Below are positions 1 to 7,743 of a DNA stretch of 12,295 bases, in pieces (positions within the stretch are counted from its first letter, which is position 1; each line of letters begins with the position of its first letter). Where the stretch lies: the NCBI GenBank assembly GCA_963803975.1, contig CAWDOY010000027.1:1-12295 (forward strand), written 5' to 3'. Under the pieces are notes generated by a model, which did not search any database, was not told the origin of the DNA, and was given only the letters and a program-made list of their open reading frames with translations. Made by a program: the position numbers and the translations under genes. The DNA comes from an uncultured delta proteobacterium (GTDB lineage: Bacteria > Desulfobacterota > WTBG01 > CAIYCZ01).

Positions 1-1
1 G

Positions 2-1255
2 CTTTTTTTATTTTTCTCGGACGCTGCCAGCGCTAATGATCTGAGGGGTTATTTCCCCTTGTATGATGGAAGGTTCTGGAATTTTACGGGATCACCGGAC
101 GGCACTACCTCAACCTGGGCGGTCAATGGAACGCTCTACGCTGAAAGATGTCGGGAGGGTGACTCTGCTGGCGCTTGATAACGGCAGCTTCCTCTGCCTG
201 CGCGAGGACTGGGAGGGAATCCGTATATATGGAGAATATAGTTCTGATGAGTATCTCATTCCCGATAAGCCGCTGCTGTTTTTGCCCAGCGCTCTAAAAC
301 CTGCGGAACCGATTGAAGTATCAGTAACGCTTAAGAAATTTTCTGACCCGGAGGGAAATATTAATTTCAAAGAGACCGGAAAAATCAATCAGAGCATAAA
401 TTCATCCATAAAGAGTTTGAGGATGTGACCGTTTCCGGGCGATTATTTAAAAATTGCGCTGTTGTTGAAAAAATTACCAGGGAGCAGAATACGGTGACCG
501 CGGAGACGATATATCTGGCCCCCGGCGTCGGCCCGGTCAAAAGGGTCCTCTTGAAAGGGAAGGAAAAAGTTGTTTATATCGTCAGCTCCTTTGCGGGTAG
601 TGATACGGTTGCAGCTGAAAATTTTCCCCTGAAGGCGCTGCTGCCGTTTAAACCGGGCATAACCTGGACCTATAGGGACCAGAAGGGAACTGTCTGGCGG
701 ACTACCACAAAAAACAAAGAACCCGTTCAGGGCACGGCGAGCCTGCCATTTGCTGAAGAAACCGGGGATATTTATTATTACACTCTTGACAACCGCGGAC
801 TGTTATTGACCCAGAAGTACTGGTCCCTGGTGGGCGGCTGCACTGATTTTCGCGCGCCGGATGCTCCGCTGGTGGTATTTCCGCCCACATTAAAACTGGG
901 GGCCTATTATTCATCGATATCCAATGCAAGCGTTCATACCTGGCCGAGCATGACGCTGATGGAAGATTTTTATCCGGAGATGCTCTGTGCAAGCATAGCT
1001 GTTTTAAAGGAAGATGTGACGGTCCCCGCAGGGAAATACCGGGATTGCCTGAAAGTATGCCTTTTCTCCGTGTCAAGAAACTTCAACATGAATAATGAGC
1101 AGGTCCGGATCGGTTATATATGGCTTGCGAAAGATACGGGCGTTATCAAGAAAAAGCTGGTCGACATGACCAACTATTTTAACCCCCAGCGAATAAACAG
1201 GATCACCTCCATCAAGTTCTGGGACTTAACGAAAATAGATAAAAAGGGCAGTTAG
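2..1255 (+). CDS. Secreted protein with two tandem DUF3108-like repeats; 5' end outside the window; split by two apparent frameshifts (~137 and ~416-418)
   Basis: Frame +2 from nt 2 reads LFLFFSDAASA|NDLRGYFPLYDGRFWNFT (end of a signal peptide, A-x-A site). It continues in +3 (TLKDVGRV...PDKPLLFLPSALKP) and returns to +2 (EDVTVSGRLFKNCAVV...IYLAPGVGPVK). The second half repeats the motifs: LLPFKPGITWTY, APLVVFPPTLKLG, EDVTVPAGKYRDCLKV, IWLAKDTGVIK. Joins track ORFs 63..428 and 425..1255. Confidence 0.7.
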
Positions 1256-1300
1256 CCGCGCATTCCCCGCCCCCCAAAAAGAGTGCTCAACACTGCTAAC

Positions 1301-1333
1301 AAGCGGGGAACTCAAACCGTTCCCGCTTTTTTT
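1301..1333 (+). terminator. Rho-independent terminator
   Basis: AAGCGGGGAAC-TCAAACC-GTTCCCGCTT stem (one bulged G) running into a T7 tract, 45 nt after the stop at 1255. Confidence 0.8.
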
Positions 1334-1338
1334 CGATT

Positions 1339-1355
1339 GCATAAAATATTTATGC
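1339..1355. promoter_or_regulatory. Perfect palindrome, candidate transcription-factor operator
   Basis: GCATAAA-ATA-TTTATGC, ending 7 nt upstream of the predicted -35 of the flavodoxin cluster. Confidence 0.4.
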
Positions 1356-1362
1356 CTCACAC

Positions 1363-1391
1363 TTGATAACCCGGCAGTTGTGTGATAGGAT
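1363..1391 (+). promoter_or_regulatory. Putative sigma70 promoter of the flavodoxin-like cluster
   Basis: TTGATA (1363-1368), 17-nt spacer, TAGGAT (1386-1391) with extended -10 TG. RBS AAGGAGG at 1465-1471. Confidence 0.5.
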
Positions 1392-1426
1392 TCGGTAGTA
1401 TGCTTTAAAACTACTACAGCTGCCGG
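1371..1426. repeat. Inverted repeat straddling the promoter
   Basis: CCGGCAGTTGT (1371-1381) pairs with ACAGCTGCCGG (1416-1426), 11 bp with one G-U. Inner GTAGT/ACTAC stem. Confidence 0.6.
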
Positions 1427-1475
1427 CTGGTAACTGAAACAATGACAAAACAGTAAAAAAGCTGAAGGAGGCGTT

Positions 1476-2084
1476 ATGAAGAGAAGCTGCAAATTCCTGC
1501 TGGCGTGCACTGTTGCCGCGCTTATTTTCACCCTGCCACTTGCGTATGCCCAGGAGAGCGGTGCGGGGAAAATCCTTATCCTGTATTATTCCCGGACCGG
1601 CAATACCAGAATGACCTGCGAGGCATTGCAGAAGGCTTTGAATGCACAAATGCTTGAGATCAAAGATTTGACAGACCGTTCAGGCTCCTGGGGCGGGCTT
1701 ACCGGTATGCTCAATACCCTGTTTAATATGGAAACCGGCATTGAGCCTGAGCATCCGGATCTTTCTTCCTACGCAAATATTATACTTGCATCGCCACTCT
1801 GGGCAGGGAAATTTGCTCCGGCAATCCGGACCGTAATCGCACGCAACAAATTCGACAAGAAAAATGTTGCTGTCCTCACGACCGGCAATGCCCTGTTAGA
1901 TCCGGCAAATCAGGAAAAGAATAAAGCCCCCATTATTGCCACGGGCGGTAACGTGGTTGGTTATTTTCAGGTTGCCGTGCAGGAAAAGGTAAATGATAAA
2001 AAGGTGGACCGGCCAAAGGAAAAAGTTATGGAGGATACGCTCAAACTGGTCCCGGAAATCAAAAAGGCTTTTAACCTGCCATAA
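1476..2084 (+). CDS. Exported flavodoxin-like protein 1 (Sec signal peptide)
   Basis: Signal MKRSCKFLLACTVAALIFTLPLAYA|QE. FMN phosphate loop YYSRTGNT, IILASPLWAG, VAVLTT. Strong RBS. Confidence 0.85.
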   Translation: MKRSCKFLLACTVAALIFTLPLAYAQESGAGKILILYYSRTGNTRMTCEALQKALNAQMLEIKDLTDRSGSWGGLTGMLNTLFNMETGIEPEHPDLSSYANIILASPLWAGKFAPAIRTVIARNKFDKKNVAVLTTGNALLDPANQEKNKAPIIATGGNVVGYFQVAVQEKVNDKKVDRPKEKVMEDTLKLVPEIKKAFNLP

Positions 2085-2114
2085 ATAATGACTAGGAAAA
2101 CACGGAGAAAAACT

Positions 2115-2736
2115 ATGCGTTATATTAGTTCCTTATTCACTGCAGCCTCCCTGCTCATTGTTCTTGCTGTTCTCTCAGCACCCCTGAGCGAAGCTTTTTC
2201 ACAGGAAAACCCCGTGAACAAAACATTAATTCTGTACTATTCCCGCACCGGCAACACCAGGCTGTGCAGCGAAACATTGCAGAAAGCTCTGGGTGCAGAC
2301 GTGCTGGAAATAAAGGATCGTAAAAATCGCGCCGGCGGATGGGGCTTCTTCACCGGGGCAGTCGGTTCGTTGTTCAACGTGCACACTACAATTGAGCCGG
2401 CACATCCCGACCTCTCAGCCTACAGGAATATTATCATCGCATCCCCAATCTGGACCGGCACGCTTTCCACCGCGATCCGCACCCTAATCGACGACAACCG
2501 GTGGGACGGTAGAAGTGTGATGCTGTTTACTACCACCAATGCCGCGGAAAAAGAAAAGTATATCGAAAAAAGCAAAGCACGCGTTGCACAGCGGGGCGCG
2601 CCGGTGGCTCGGCTACTGCCAGGTTGTGGTAAAAAAAGAGGTGGCCGGAAAAAAAGTTGATAGACCAAAGCAGGAAATCATTGAAGACACGCTCAAGTTT
2701 GTCCCGGAAATCAAAAAGGCATTTTCTCTTCCCTGA
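2115..2736 (+). CDS. Exported flavodoxin-like protein 2; one extra base at ~2607 shifts the frame
   Basis: GGAG RBS at 2104-2107 before ATG 2115. Signal MRYISSLFTAASLLIVLAVLSAPLSEAFS|QE, YYSRTGNT, IIASPIWTG. The C-terminus GYCQVVVKKEVAGKKVDRPKQEIIEDTLKFVPEIKKAFSLP (track ORF 2539..2736) is collinear with paralog 1 once one G is removed. Confidence 0.82.
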
Positions 2737-2791
2737 CTAAAAGTGCCGTAACTACCACACACAGCATTACACACAAATAAAGGAGGACAGT

Positions 2792-3442
2792 ATGTTTCAC
2801 AGAAGCTCTGGTCGGACGTTATTGATATCAAACGTACTGATGTTGTCCCTGATGTTCGTCTTGCTCCTGACGATGACCGGCAGGGACACGGTCAGCGCAC
2901 AATCAGCCCCGCCGGCGGCAGCAGTTGCAGTGCACGGCTCAAAGCCGCTGATCATCTATTATTCCCTCACCGGTAAAAATAAAATTATTGCAGAAGAACT
3001 GAAAAAGCAGTTTTCCTGTGATATGGGAGAAATCAAACTAGCCTCTGAGCGATCAGGTATCTGGGGTTTTATAGTCAGTGGATACGAGAACATATTTGAT
3101 AAAGATGCGGAGCTGCAGCCGTTTGCCATGGATTTGGCATCCTACAATCCGATCATCATCTGCGCACCCATATGGATGCAAAAGCTGTCTTCGCCGGCCC
3201 GGACCTTCTTGAAAAATCCGGCCCTCAAGGGAAAGGAGCTCTATATTTTTGCATCATTTCAAGGCCGCTGGGGCGAGGATAAAGAGGCGGAGCTGGTAAA
3301 AAATCTGACCGGGACGGGGATCGACGTCAAGGGTGTTTACCGGATGGTGCTGGGCAAAAAAACCGAGGAAGAGATAAAAAAAGAGGTTATAGCCCAGCTG
3401 GAGAAAAAGCCTCTCCTCAAAAAAGAGACACCTGCTTCGTGA
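2792..3442 (+). CDS. Exported flavodoxin-like protein 3 (more divergent)
   Basis: RBS AAGGAGG. Hydrophobic leader ending VSA|QS, then an Ala/Pro linker. Altered P-loop YYSLTGKN. RSGIWGF loop shared with paralogs (RSGSWGG, RAGGWGF). IICAPIW. Confidence 0.8.
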   Translation: MFHRSSGRTLLISNVLMLSLMFVLLLTMTGRDTVSAQSAPPAAAVAVHGSKPLIIYYSLTGKNKIIAEELKKQFSCDMGEIKLASERSGIWGFIVSGYENIFDKDAELQPFAMDLASYNPIIICAPIWMQKLSSPARTFLKNPALKGKELYIFASFQGRWGEDKEAELVKNLTGTGIDVKGVYRMVLGKKTEEEIKKEVIAQLEKKPLLKKETPAS

Positions 3443-3460
3443 TTTAAATTGCGGTAGATA

Positions 3461-3510
3461 ACAAAAAAGCCGCACAGAAGGATAAGAGGGGGCAAATCCT
3501 TCCGGCGGCT
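3461..3510 (-). terminator. Putative terminator for the minus-strand unit
   Basis: AGCCGC/GCGGCT plus GAAGGAT/ATCCTTC stems preceded on + by A6 (3463-3468), i.e. followed by a U tract on the - strand. Confidence 0.5.
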
Positions 3511-3554
3511 CACGAACCTCCGGTCTCCCGGAGGAGCATGTTCATGATCACCAG

Positions 3555-3607
3555 GGGGAGCGTATCTGCCGGCATTGGTCAGGCATACACGCTTCCCGCA
3601 GTTTTTT
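3555..3607 (+). terminator. Putative terminator for the flavodoxin cluster
   Basis: GGGGAGCGT...ACGCTTCCC extended imperfect hairpin, followed after 4 nt by T6 (3602-3607). Confidence 0.5.
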
Positions 3608-3613
3608 GCAGCC

Positions 3614-3937
3614 TTATTTTGCTGCTTTTTTCTTGGCAGCGTATACTTTAATCTTCTCGGCAGTATTGGTACCTTCTTTGAGGATCACCTTAACCTTATC
3701 CCCCTGCTTTAAGGTGGCAATCTCCTTGGGATCTACCACGACTTTCTTTTCTGCGTTGGTCGTTTTCTCTTTAATTACTACTTCATTCTTTGCCGCATCA
3801 ATGGAAACGATCTCACCCTTTACCACCTCGGCTTTAGCCTTTGGCGCCGGTGCTTTTGCTTCCTCTGCTGCAAACCCCACTGCAGAAAAACTGATCATGA
3901 CCAGTCCCGCTACTAATACCATCAGTATCTTTTTCAT
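3614..3937 (-). CDS. Small exported Lys-rich OB-fold-like protein (107 aa)
   Basis: AGGAGG RBS 10 nt before ATG 3937. Signal MKKILMVLVAGLVMISFSAVGFA|AE. Pattern VKGEIVSID...VVIK...LKQGDKVKV is typical of small periplasmic OB folds (DUF1344/DUF5666/CusF-like). The mature part has no His, Met or Cys metal ligands. Confidence 0.8.
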   Translation of the reverse strand: MKKILMVLVAGLVMISFSAVGFAAEEAKAPAPKAKAEVVKGEIVSIDAAKNEVVIKEKTTNAEKKVVVDPKEIATLKQGDKVKVILKEGTNTAEKIKVYAAKKKAAK

Positions 3938-3976
3938 CTCGCACACACCTCCTTTCTTATTATAATTAATGCACGC

Positions 3977-4023
3977 ACAATAGCATAGCTATAATTAAAT
4001 AAAGATTAGAAGCAGATTAGAAA
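3977..4023 (-). promoter_or_regulatory. OmpR-type tandem direct-repeat box overlapping the -35 position, plus extended -10
   Basis: On -: TTTCTAATCTG CTTCTAATCTT TATTTAATTAT (11-bp period, 4023-3991), then TG-C-TATTGT (-10 at 3982-3977). No consensus -35. Confidence 0.6.
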
Positions 4024-4026
4024 ATT

Positions 4027-5514
4027 CTAATGGTTGGAAGCGAGTGCGGGCAAAGAGATGATAAAGGTCGTACCCCTGTTCAGGCTGCTCTCTGCTGAAA
4101 TGGTTCCCTGGTGTGCTTCTACAATGGATTTGGCAATGCTTAAGCCAAGGCCAAACCCGCTGCTGCTGCGCGCCTTATCCACCCGGTAAAAGCGATTAAA
4201 AACATGGGGCAGTTCCGTGGCCGGAATGCCGATGCCGGTATCCTGTACGGTAATGTGCACCATATCCGCTGCTGCAGGGGCAGCTGACACCGACACTGCT
4301 CCATGCGGCGGAGTATATTTTATGGCATTATCCAGGAGGTTGAGAAAAACCTGCTTCAGCTTCTGCTCATCTCCCGGTATCATGAGGGCCTCATCTGCCA
4401 GGAGGGTAAGCGACAGGGATTTTTCGCGGGCCAGGCCAGCCATGTCTTCCACTGCTGCCCGCAGTACCCGCTGCAGATTAAACTCCTTGACGTCAAGTCC
4501 TGTTGTTTGATCTTCGACGCGGGCCAGCAGTAATAAATTTTCCACAATGCTGCTGATCCGCCGTATCTCCTCCAGGCTGCTTTCCAACACCTCTTCATAC
4601 TCAATAACCGGGCGGATTCTTTTCAGGGTCACCTCCAGCTCGCCTTGTAAAATAGTCAGCGGCGTCTTCAGCTCATGGGATGCATCCTGAATAAAGTGTT
4701 TCTGGGAGGAGAATGCCTTCTCCAGCCGGTCAAGCATGTCGTTAAACGTTGCAGCCAGCCTTTCAATCTCATCCCGGGTGCCGGGCATCTGGATGCGCAA
4801 TTTAAGATTCTCGGCAGTGATTTTCTGTACCGTCTTTATGATTCGATCAACCGGATTGAGGGTAATTTTTGCCAGAAACGCACCAATGATACCGGTAACA
4901 AAAATGGCCAGGGGCAGCAGTACAAAAAGTATTTCCTTAAAGTCATCAAGCGCCCCCTGTATGGTATCCAGAGGACAGGCCACCTGCACGATATACATGA
5001 TGTCCTTATCCTGAAAAACAGGCTTGGTCAAAACCCGCACGTTGAGATCTACGGCGTCGGGAAATACAAAGGTGGTGGTATCAAAGCGGTGTGTTCCCTG
5101 CAGGGCGGTGGTAAAAAAATCCCGGGAAAATTTAATATTGGCGGGGATATTTTTTGAGGAAACCAGAATGGTGCCTTTTGCGTCAAAAATCTGCACGATA
5201 ATATTCAACAGCTCAGGCGCGTTGGATTCTTCATCGACCCAGAGCCGCGCAATTTTTGAAAAATTAACAATATCAATTTTTTTTACGGCATCGGTCTTTT
5301 TCCCTGCCTTTTTTACCTGCAGTTTTTCAACTTCCCAGTAGGTATCAATGGAATCCTCAATGCCCTCCGCCCGGGATTGCAGCAGGTTATCAGCATTGCG
5401 GTACAGGTCATTCTGTAATTTATTATAGAGCACTATGGTGAACACGGTAATCGTCAGCGTCAGCAGTACCATGTACAGCAGAATGATCTTAAACCGTATG
5501 GTGCGGAACAGCAT
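4027..5514 (-). CDS. Membrane sensor histidine kinase (2 TM, HAMP, HisKA, HATPase_c; CusS/CzcS-like)
   Basis: Two hydrophobic helices. HAMP RDEIERLAATFNDML, H-box DASHELKTPL, N-box NLLDNAIKYT, G1 DTGIGI, F-box FNRFYR, G2 GFGLGLSI. Confidence 0.95.
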   Translation of the reverse strand: MLFRTIRFKIILLYMVLLTLTITVFTIVLYNKLQNDLYRNADNLLQSRAEGIEDSIDTYWEVEKLQVKKAGKKTDAVKKIDIVNFSKIARLWVDEESNAPELLNIIVQIFDAKGTILVSSKNIPANIKFSRDFFTTALQGTHRFDTTTFVFPDAVDLNVRVLTKPVFQDKDIMYIVQVACPLDTIQGALDDFKEILFVLLPLAIFVTGIIGAFLAKITLNPVDRIIKTVQKITAENLKLRIQMPGTRDEIERLAATFNDMLDRLEKAFSSQKHFIQDASHELKTPLTILQGELEVTLKRIRPVIEYEEVLESSLEEIRRISSIVENLLLLARVEDQTTGLDVKEFNLQRVLRAAVEDMAGLAREKSLSLTLLADEALMIPGDEQKLKQVFLNLLDNAIKYTPPHGAVSVSAAPAAADMVHITVQDTGIGIPATELPHVFNRFYRVDKARSSSGFGLGLSIAKSIVEAHQGTISAESSLNRGTTFIISLPALASNH

Positions 5515-5520
5515 ATAGCA

Positions 5521-6186
5521 TCAGTCCTTTATCATGTAGCCCCTGCCGCGGATTGTATGGATCAGCTTTTTTTCGTACCCCGAATCAATCTTATTGCGCA
5601 GGTAGTTGATATACACATCGATGATATTCGTGCTGGTATCAAAGTCAATCTCCCAGACATGCTCGGCAATCATGGTCCTGGTAACCACTTTCGCGGCATT
5701 CCTCATGAGATATTCCAGCAGTGCATACTCTTTCATGGTCAGAACGATCTCGTGGCCGCTGCGCGCTGCCGAGTGGGCCGCCACATCAAGCACCAGGTCC
5801 CCCGCCTGCAGCCTGGTCTCATGCCTCACGCCCTTTCGCAGCAGGGCACGGATGCGCGCCTGCAGCTCTGCAAAGGCAAACGGCTTGGTCAGGTAATCAT
5901 CCGCCCCGGAATCAAGGCCCTTCACCTTATCCTGCACCGCGTCTTTGGCCGTAAGCATCAGGACCGGTGTAGCTATGCCATCGTGGCGCAGCTGCCGGCA
6001 CAGCGTTATGCCGTCTTTTTTAGGAAGCATAACATCAAGGATAATGAGGTCATACTCGTTTTCCGCTGTCAGCCGGTAGCCTTCTTCACCATCAAAGGCC
6101 GTATCAACCGTATATCCTTCTTCTTTGAGACCCCGCTTGATGAAGGAAGCAATTTTACGTTCATCTTCAATGACGAGTATGCGCAT
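5521..6186 (-). CDS. OmpR/PhoB-family response regulator (CusR/CzcR-like), 221 aa
   Basis: True start is most likely MRILVIEDE (ATG 6186). Phospho-Asp in ILDVMLP, LTAKD, GADDYLTKPF. wHTH end IIDVYINYLRNKID...HTIRGRGY. Confidence 0.95.
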   Translation of the reverse strand: MRILVIEDERKIASFIKRGLKEEGYTVDTAFDGEEGYRLTAENEYDLIILDVMLPKKDGITLCRQLRHDGIATPVLMLTAKDAVQDKVKGLDSGADDYLTKPFAFAELQARIRALLRKGVRHETRLQAGDLVLDVAAHSAARSGHEIVLTMKEYALLEYLMRNAAKVVTRTMIAEHVWEIDFDTSTNIIDVYINYLRNKIDSGYEKKLIHTIRGRGYMIKD

Positions 6187-6225
6187 CAATAATACCCTCA
6201 GGTATGTGTAATCGTTGGAACCAGC

Positions 6226-6277
6226 CCGGCACTGTTCTGCGCCGGTGCTTTTTGCGAAAATAGCAGAGCAGCGCCGG
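6226..6277. repeat. Inverted repeat straddling the response-regulator promoter
   Basis: CCGGCACTGTTCTGC (6226-6240) versus GCAGAGCAGCGCCGG (6263-6277), 13/15 Watson-Crick complementary. Confidence 0.6.
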
Positions 6278-6285
6278 AAAATCAA
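6257..6285 (-). promoter_or_regulatory. Putative sigma70 promoter of the two-component operon
   Basis: On -: TTGATT, 17-nt spacer, TATTTT with extended -10 TG. Confidence 0.45.
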
Positions 6286-6307
6286 AGCAAAGTTGAAGAC
6301 AAAGGGA

Positions 6308-6336
6308 TTGACAGGAGAGGAAAAATTGGTAAAGAT
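6308..6336 (+). promoter_or_regulatory. Putative sigma70 promoter of the bcd-etf operon
   Basis: Consensus TTGACA (6308-6313) then TGG-TAAAGAT at 16-17 nt spacing. Divergent from the regulator promoter. Confidence 0.55.
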
Positions 6337-6347
6337 GAGAAATTCGT

Positions 6348-6382
6348 AGCTATCAGCATTCAGCCGTTCGGCTTTCAGCTAT
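6348..6382. repeat. Degenerate heptamer tandem repeat in the bcd leader
   Basis: AGCTATC AGCATTC AGCCGTTC GGCTTTC AGCTAT. Confidence 0.5.
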
Positions 6383-6404
6383 ATTAAAATAAAAGATTCT
6401 ATTT

Positions 6405-7553
6405 ATGGACTTTGAACTAACCAAACAGCAGAAGCTTGCCCGGCACGTGGCGCGGGAGTTCGCTCAGCAGGAGCTTGAACCCCGCGCCCAGGAACTGGAT
6501 ACAACCATGGAGTTCCCCCGGGACGCCGTGCAGAAAATGGCTGGCCTCGGGTTCATGGGGATTTCCATCCCGAAAGAGTACGGCGGCGCGGGGCTTGACA
6601 CCGTGAGCTATACCCTGATCATTGAAGAGCTTGCCCGGGCCTGCGCATCAACCGCCATAATCGTTGCCGTGCATAACTCGGTATGCGCCTATCCCATACA
6701 TCTCCTCGGCACTGAAGAGCAGAAACAGAAATACCTCATCCCGCTTGCCCGGGGCCAGAAGCTTGGCGCCTTCGCGCTCACCGAGCCGAATGCCGGCTCA
6801 GACCCGGCATCGATGGAAACAACCGCTGAGCTGCGGGGCAAACACTATATCCTGAACGGCACCAAAATATTTATCACCAGCGGCAGCAGCTCTGACATCG
6901 TGATGGTCATGGCATCAACCGACCGCGCGAAAAGGGGTCGGGGTATCACGTGCTTTATCGTAGAAAAAGGGTTGAAGGGATTCTCAGTTGGCAAGAAGGA
7001 GGATAAGCTCGGCATACGGGGATCTGACACCTGCGAGCTTATCTTTGAAAACTGCGCGGTGCCGGCTGAAAATGTCCTGGGCAGCCCGGGAGAGGGGCTC
7101 ACCAGCGCCCTCACCACACTTGATACCGGGAGAATCGGCGTCGGGGCGCAGGCTCTGGGAGTTGCCCAGGCAGCTCTCGACGAATCCGTCAGATACAGCA
7201 AAGAGCGCAAACAGTTCGGAAAACCGATAGCGGATTTCCAGGCCATCCAGTGGATGATCGCTGACATGGCGACTGAAATCGCCGCCGCACGGTTTCTCGT
7301 GCACCGGGCAGCGTGGCTCAAGGACCAGGGACGGCCGTTTTCAACCGAAGGCTCCATGGCCAAGCTCTATGCCTCTGAGGTTGCCATGCGCGCCGCTTTA
7401 AAAGCGGTCCAGATTCACGGCGGCTACGGATGCATGAAAGACTACAAGGTTGAGCGCTTTCTGCGCGATGCCAAGGTAATAGAAATTTACGAAGGCACAT
7501 CTGAAATCCAGCGGCTTATTATCGCGCGCAACGTAATAGGCAAAAGAATTTAA
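6405..7553 (+). CDS. bcd: Acyl-CoA dehydrogenase, short-chain/butyryl-CoA dehydrogenase type
   Basis: [49 protein letters not shown], catalytic Glu in [10 protein letters not shown]. Followed by etfB/etfA. The exact substrate cannot be read from the sequence. Confidence 0.92.
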   Translation: MDFELTKQQKLARHVAREFAQQELEPRAQELDTTMEFPRDAVQKMAGLGFMGISIPKEYGGAGLDTVSYTLIIEELARACASTAIIVAVHNSVCAYPIHLLGTEEQKQKYLIPLARGQKLGAFALTEPNAGSDPASMETTAELRGKHYILNGTKIFITSGSSSDIVMVMASTDRAKRGRGITCFIVEKGLKGFSVGKKEDKLGIRGSDTCELIFENCAVPAENVLGSPGEGLTSALTTLDTGRIGVGAQALGVAQAALDESVRYSKERKQFGKPIADFQAIQWMIADMATEIAAARFLVHRAAWLKDQGRPFSTEGSMAKLYASEVAMRAALKAVQIHGGYGCMKDYKVERFLRDAKVIEIYEGTSEIQRLIIARNVIGKRI

Positions 7554-7565
7554 ATCCTGACCAAA

Positions 7566-7697
7566 TAAGTTCAAATGTCAAAATCCAAATGACAAATAAA
7601 GTTCAAATACTAAAATAAAACCCAAATTTTATAAGGAGCATTTGATCATTTGAGTTTTGATATTCATTTGGCATTTGAACTTTGGCCTTTGTCATTT
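7566..7697. repeat. Inverted pair of heptamer arrays (CAAAT-rich left arm, ATTTG-rich right arm)
   Basis: Left: TAAGTTC AAATGTC AAAATCC AAATGAC AAATAAAGTTC AAATACT. Reverse complement of right: AAATGAC AAAGGCC AAAGTTC AAATGCC AAATGAATATC AAAACTC. Both have the same 7-7-7-7-11-7 register. Confidence 0.75.
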
Positions 7698-7743
7698 ATA
7701 TCTGGTTAGAATACGTGTTTAGATTTTTTTCGGAAAAATATAG

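Noticed and set aside
1281..1300. CIRCE (HrcA) operator
   Set aside because: Only a partial right half (GAGTGCTCA). There is no TTAGCACTC arm 9 nt upstream.
1334..1475. FMN riboswitch upstream of the flavodoxin genes
   Set aside because: None of the conserved RFN segments is visible, and the inverted repeat overlaps the predicted promoter rather than lying wholly in the transcript.
2088..2114. Longer start giving a Tat-like TRRK leader for flavodoxin 2
   Set aside because: Poor match to S/T-R-R-x-F-L-K and no RBS. ATG 2115 has a GGAG RBS and gives a normal Sec leader.
1476..3442. Flavodoxins as low-potential acceptors of the nearby bifurcating Bcd-Etf
   Set aside because: All three carry export signals, whereas Bcd-Etf is cytoplasmic. 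They are also in a separate transcription unit.
3487..3540. c-di-GMP-I riboswitch (GGGCAAA ... CCTCCGGTCT resemblance)
   Set aside because: It lacks the GNRA-capped P2 and the GACGCAAAG junction, and it lies between convergent 3' ends.
6187..6285. 33-aa N-terminal extension of the response regulator in the ORF track
   Set aside because: The receiver domain starts at MRILVIEDE, and the extension overlaps the predicted promoter.
3606..7500. Antisense and alternate-frame ORFs (e.g. 3606..3965+, 4675..5157+, 5557..6192+, 6845..7363-)
   Set aside because: Shadow ORFs of well-supported genes, with no recognisable motifs or RBS.
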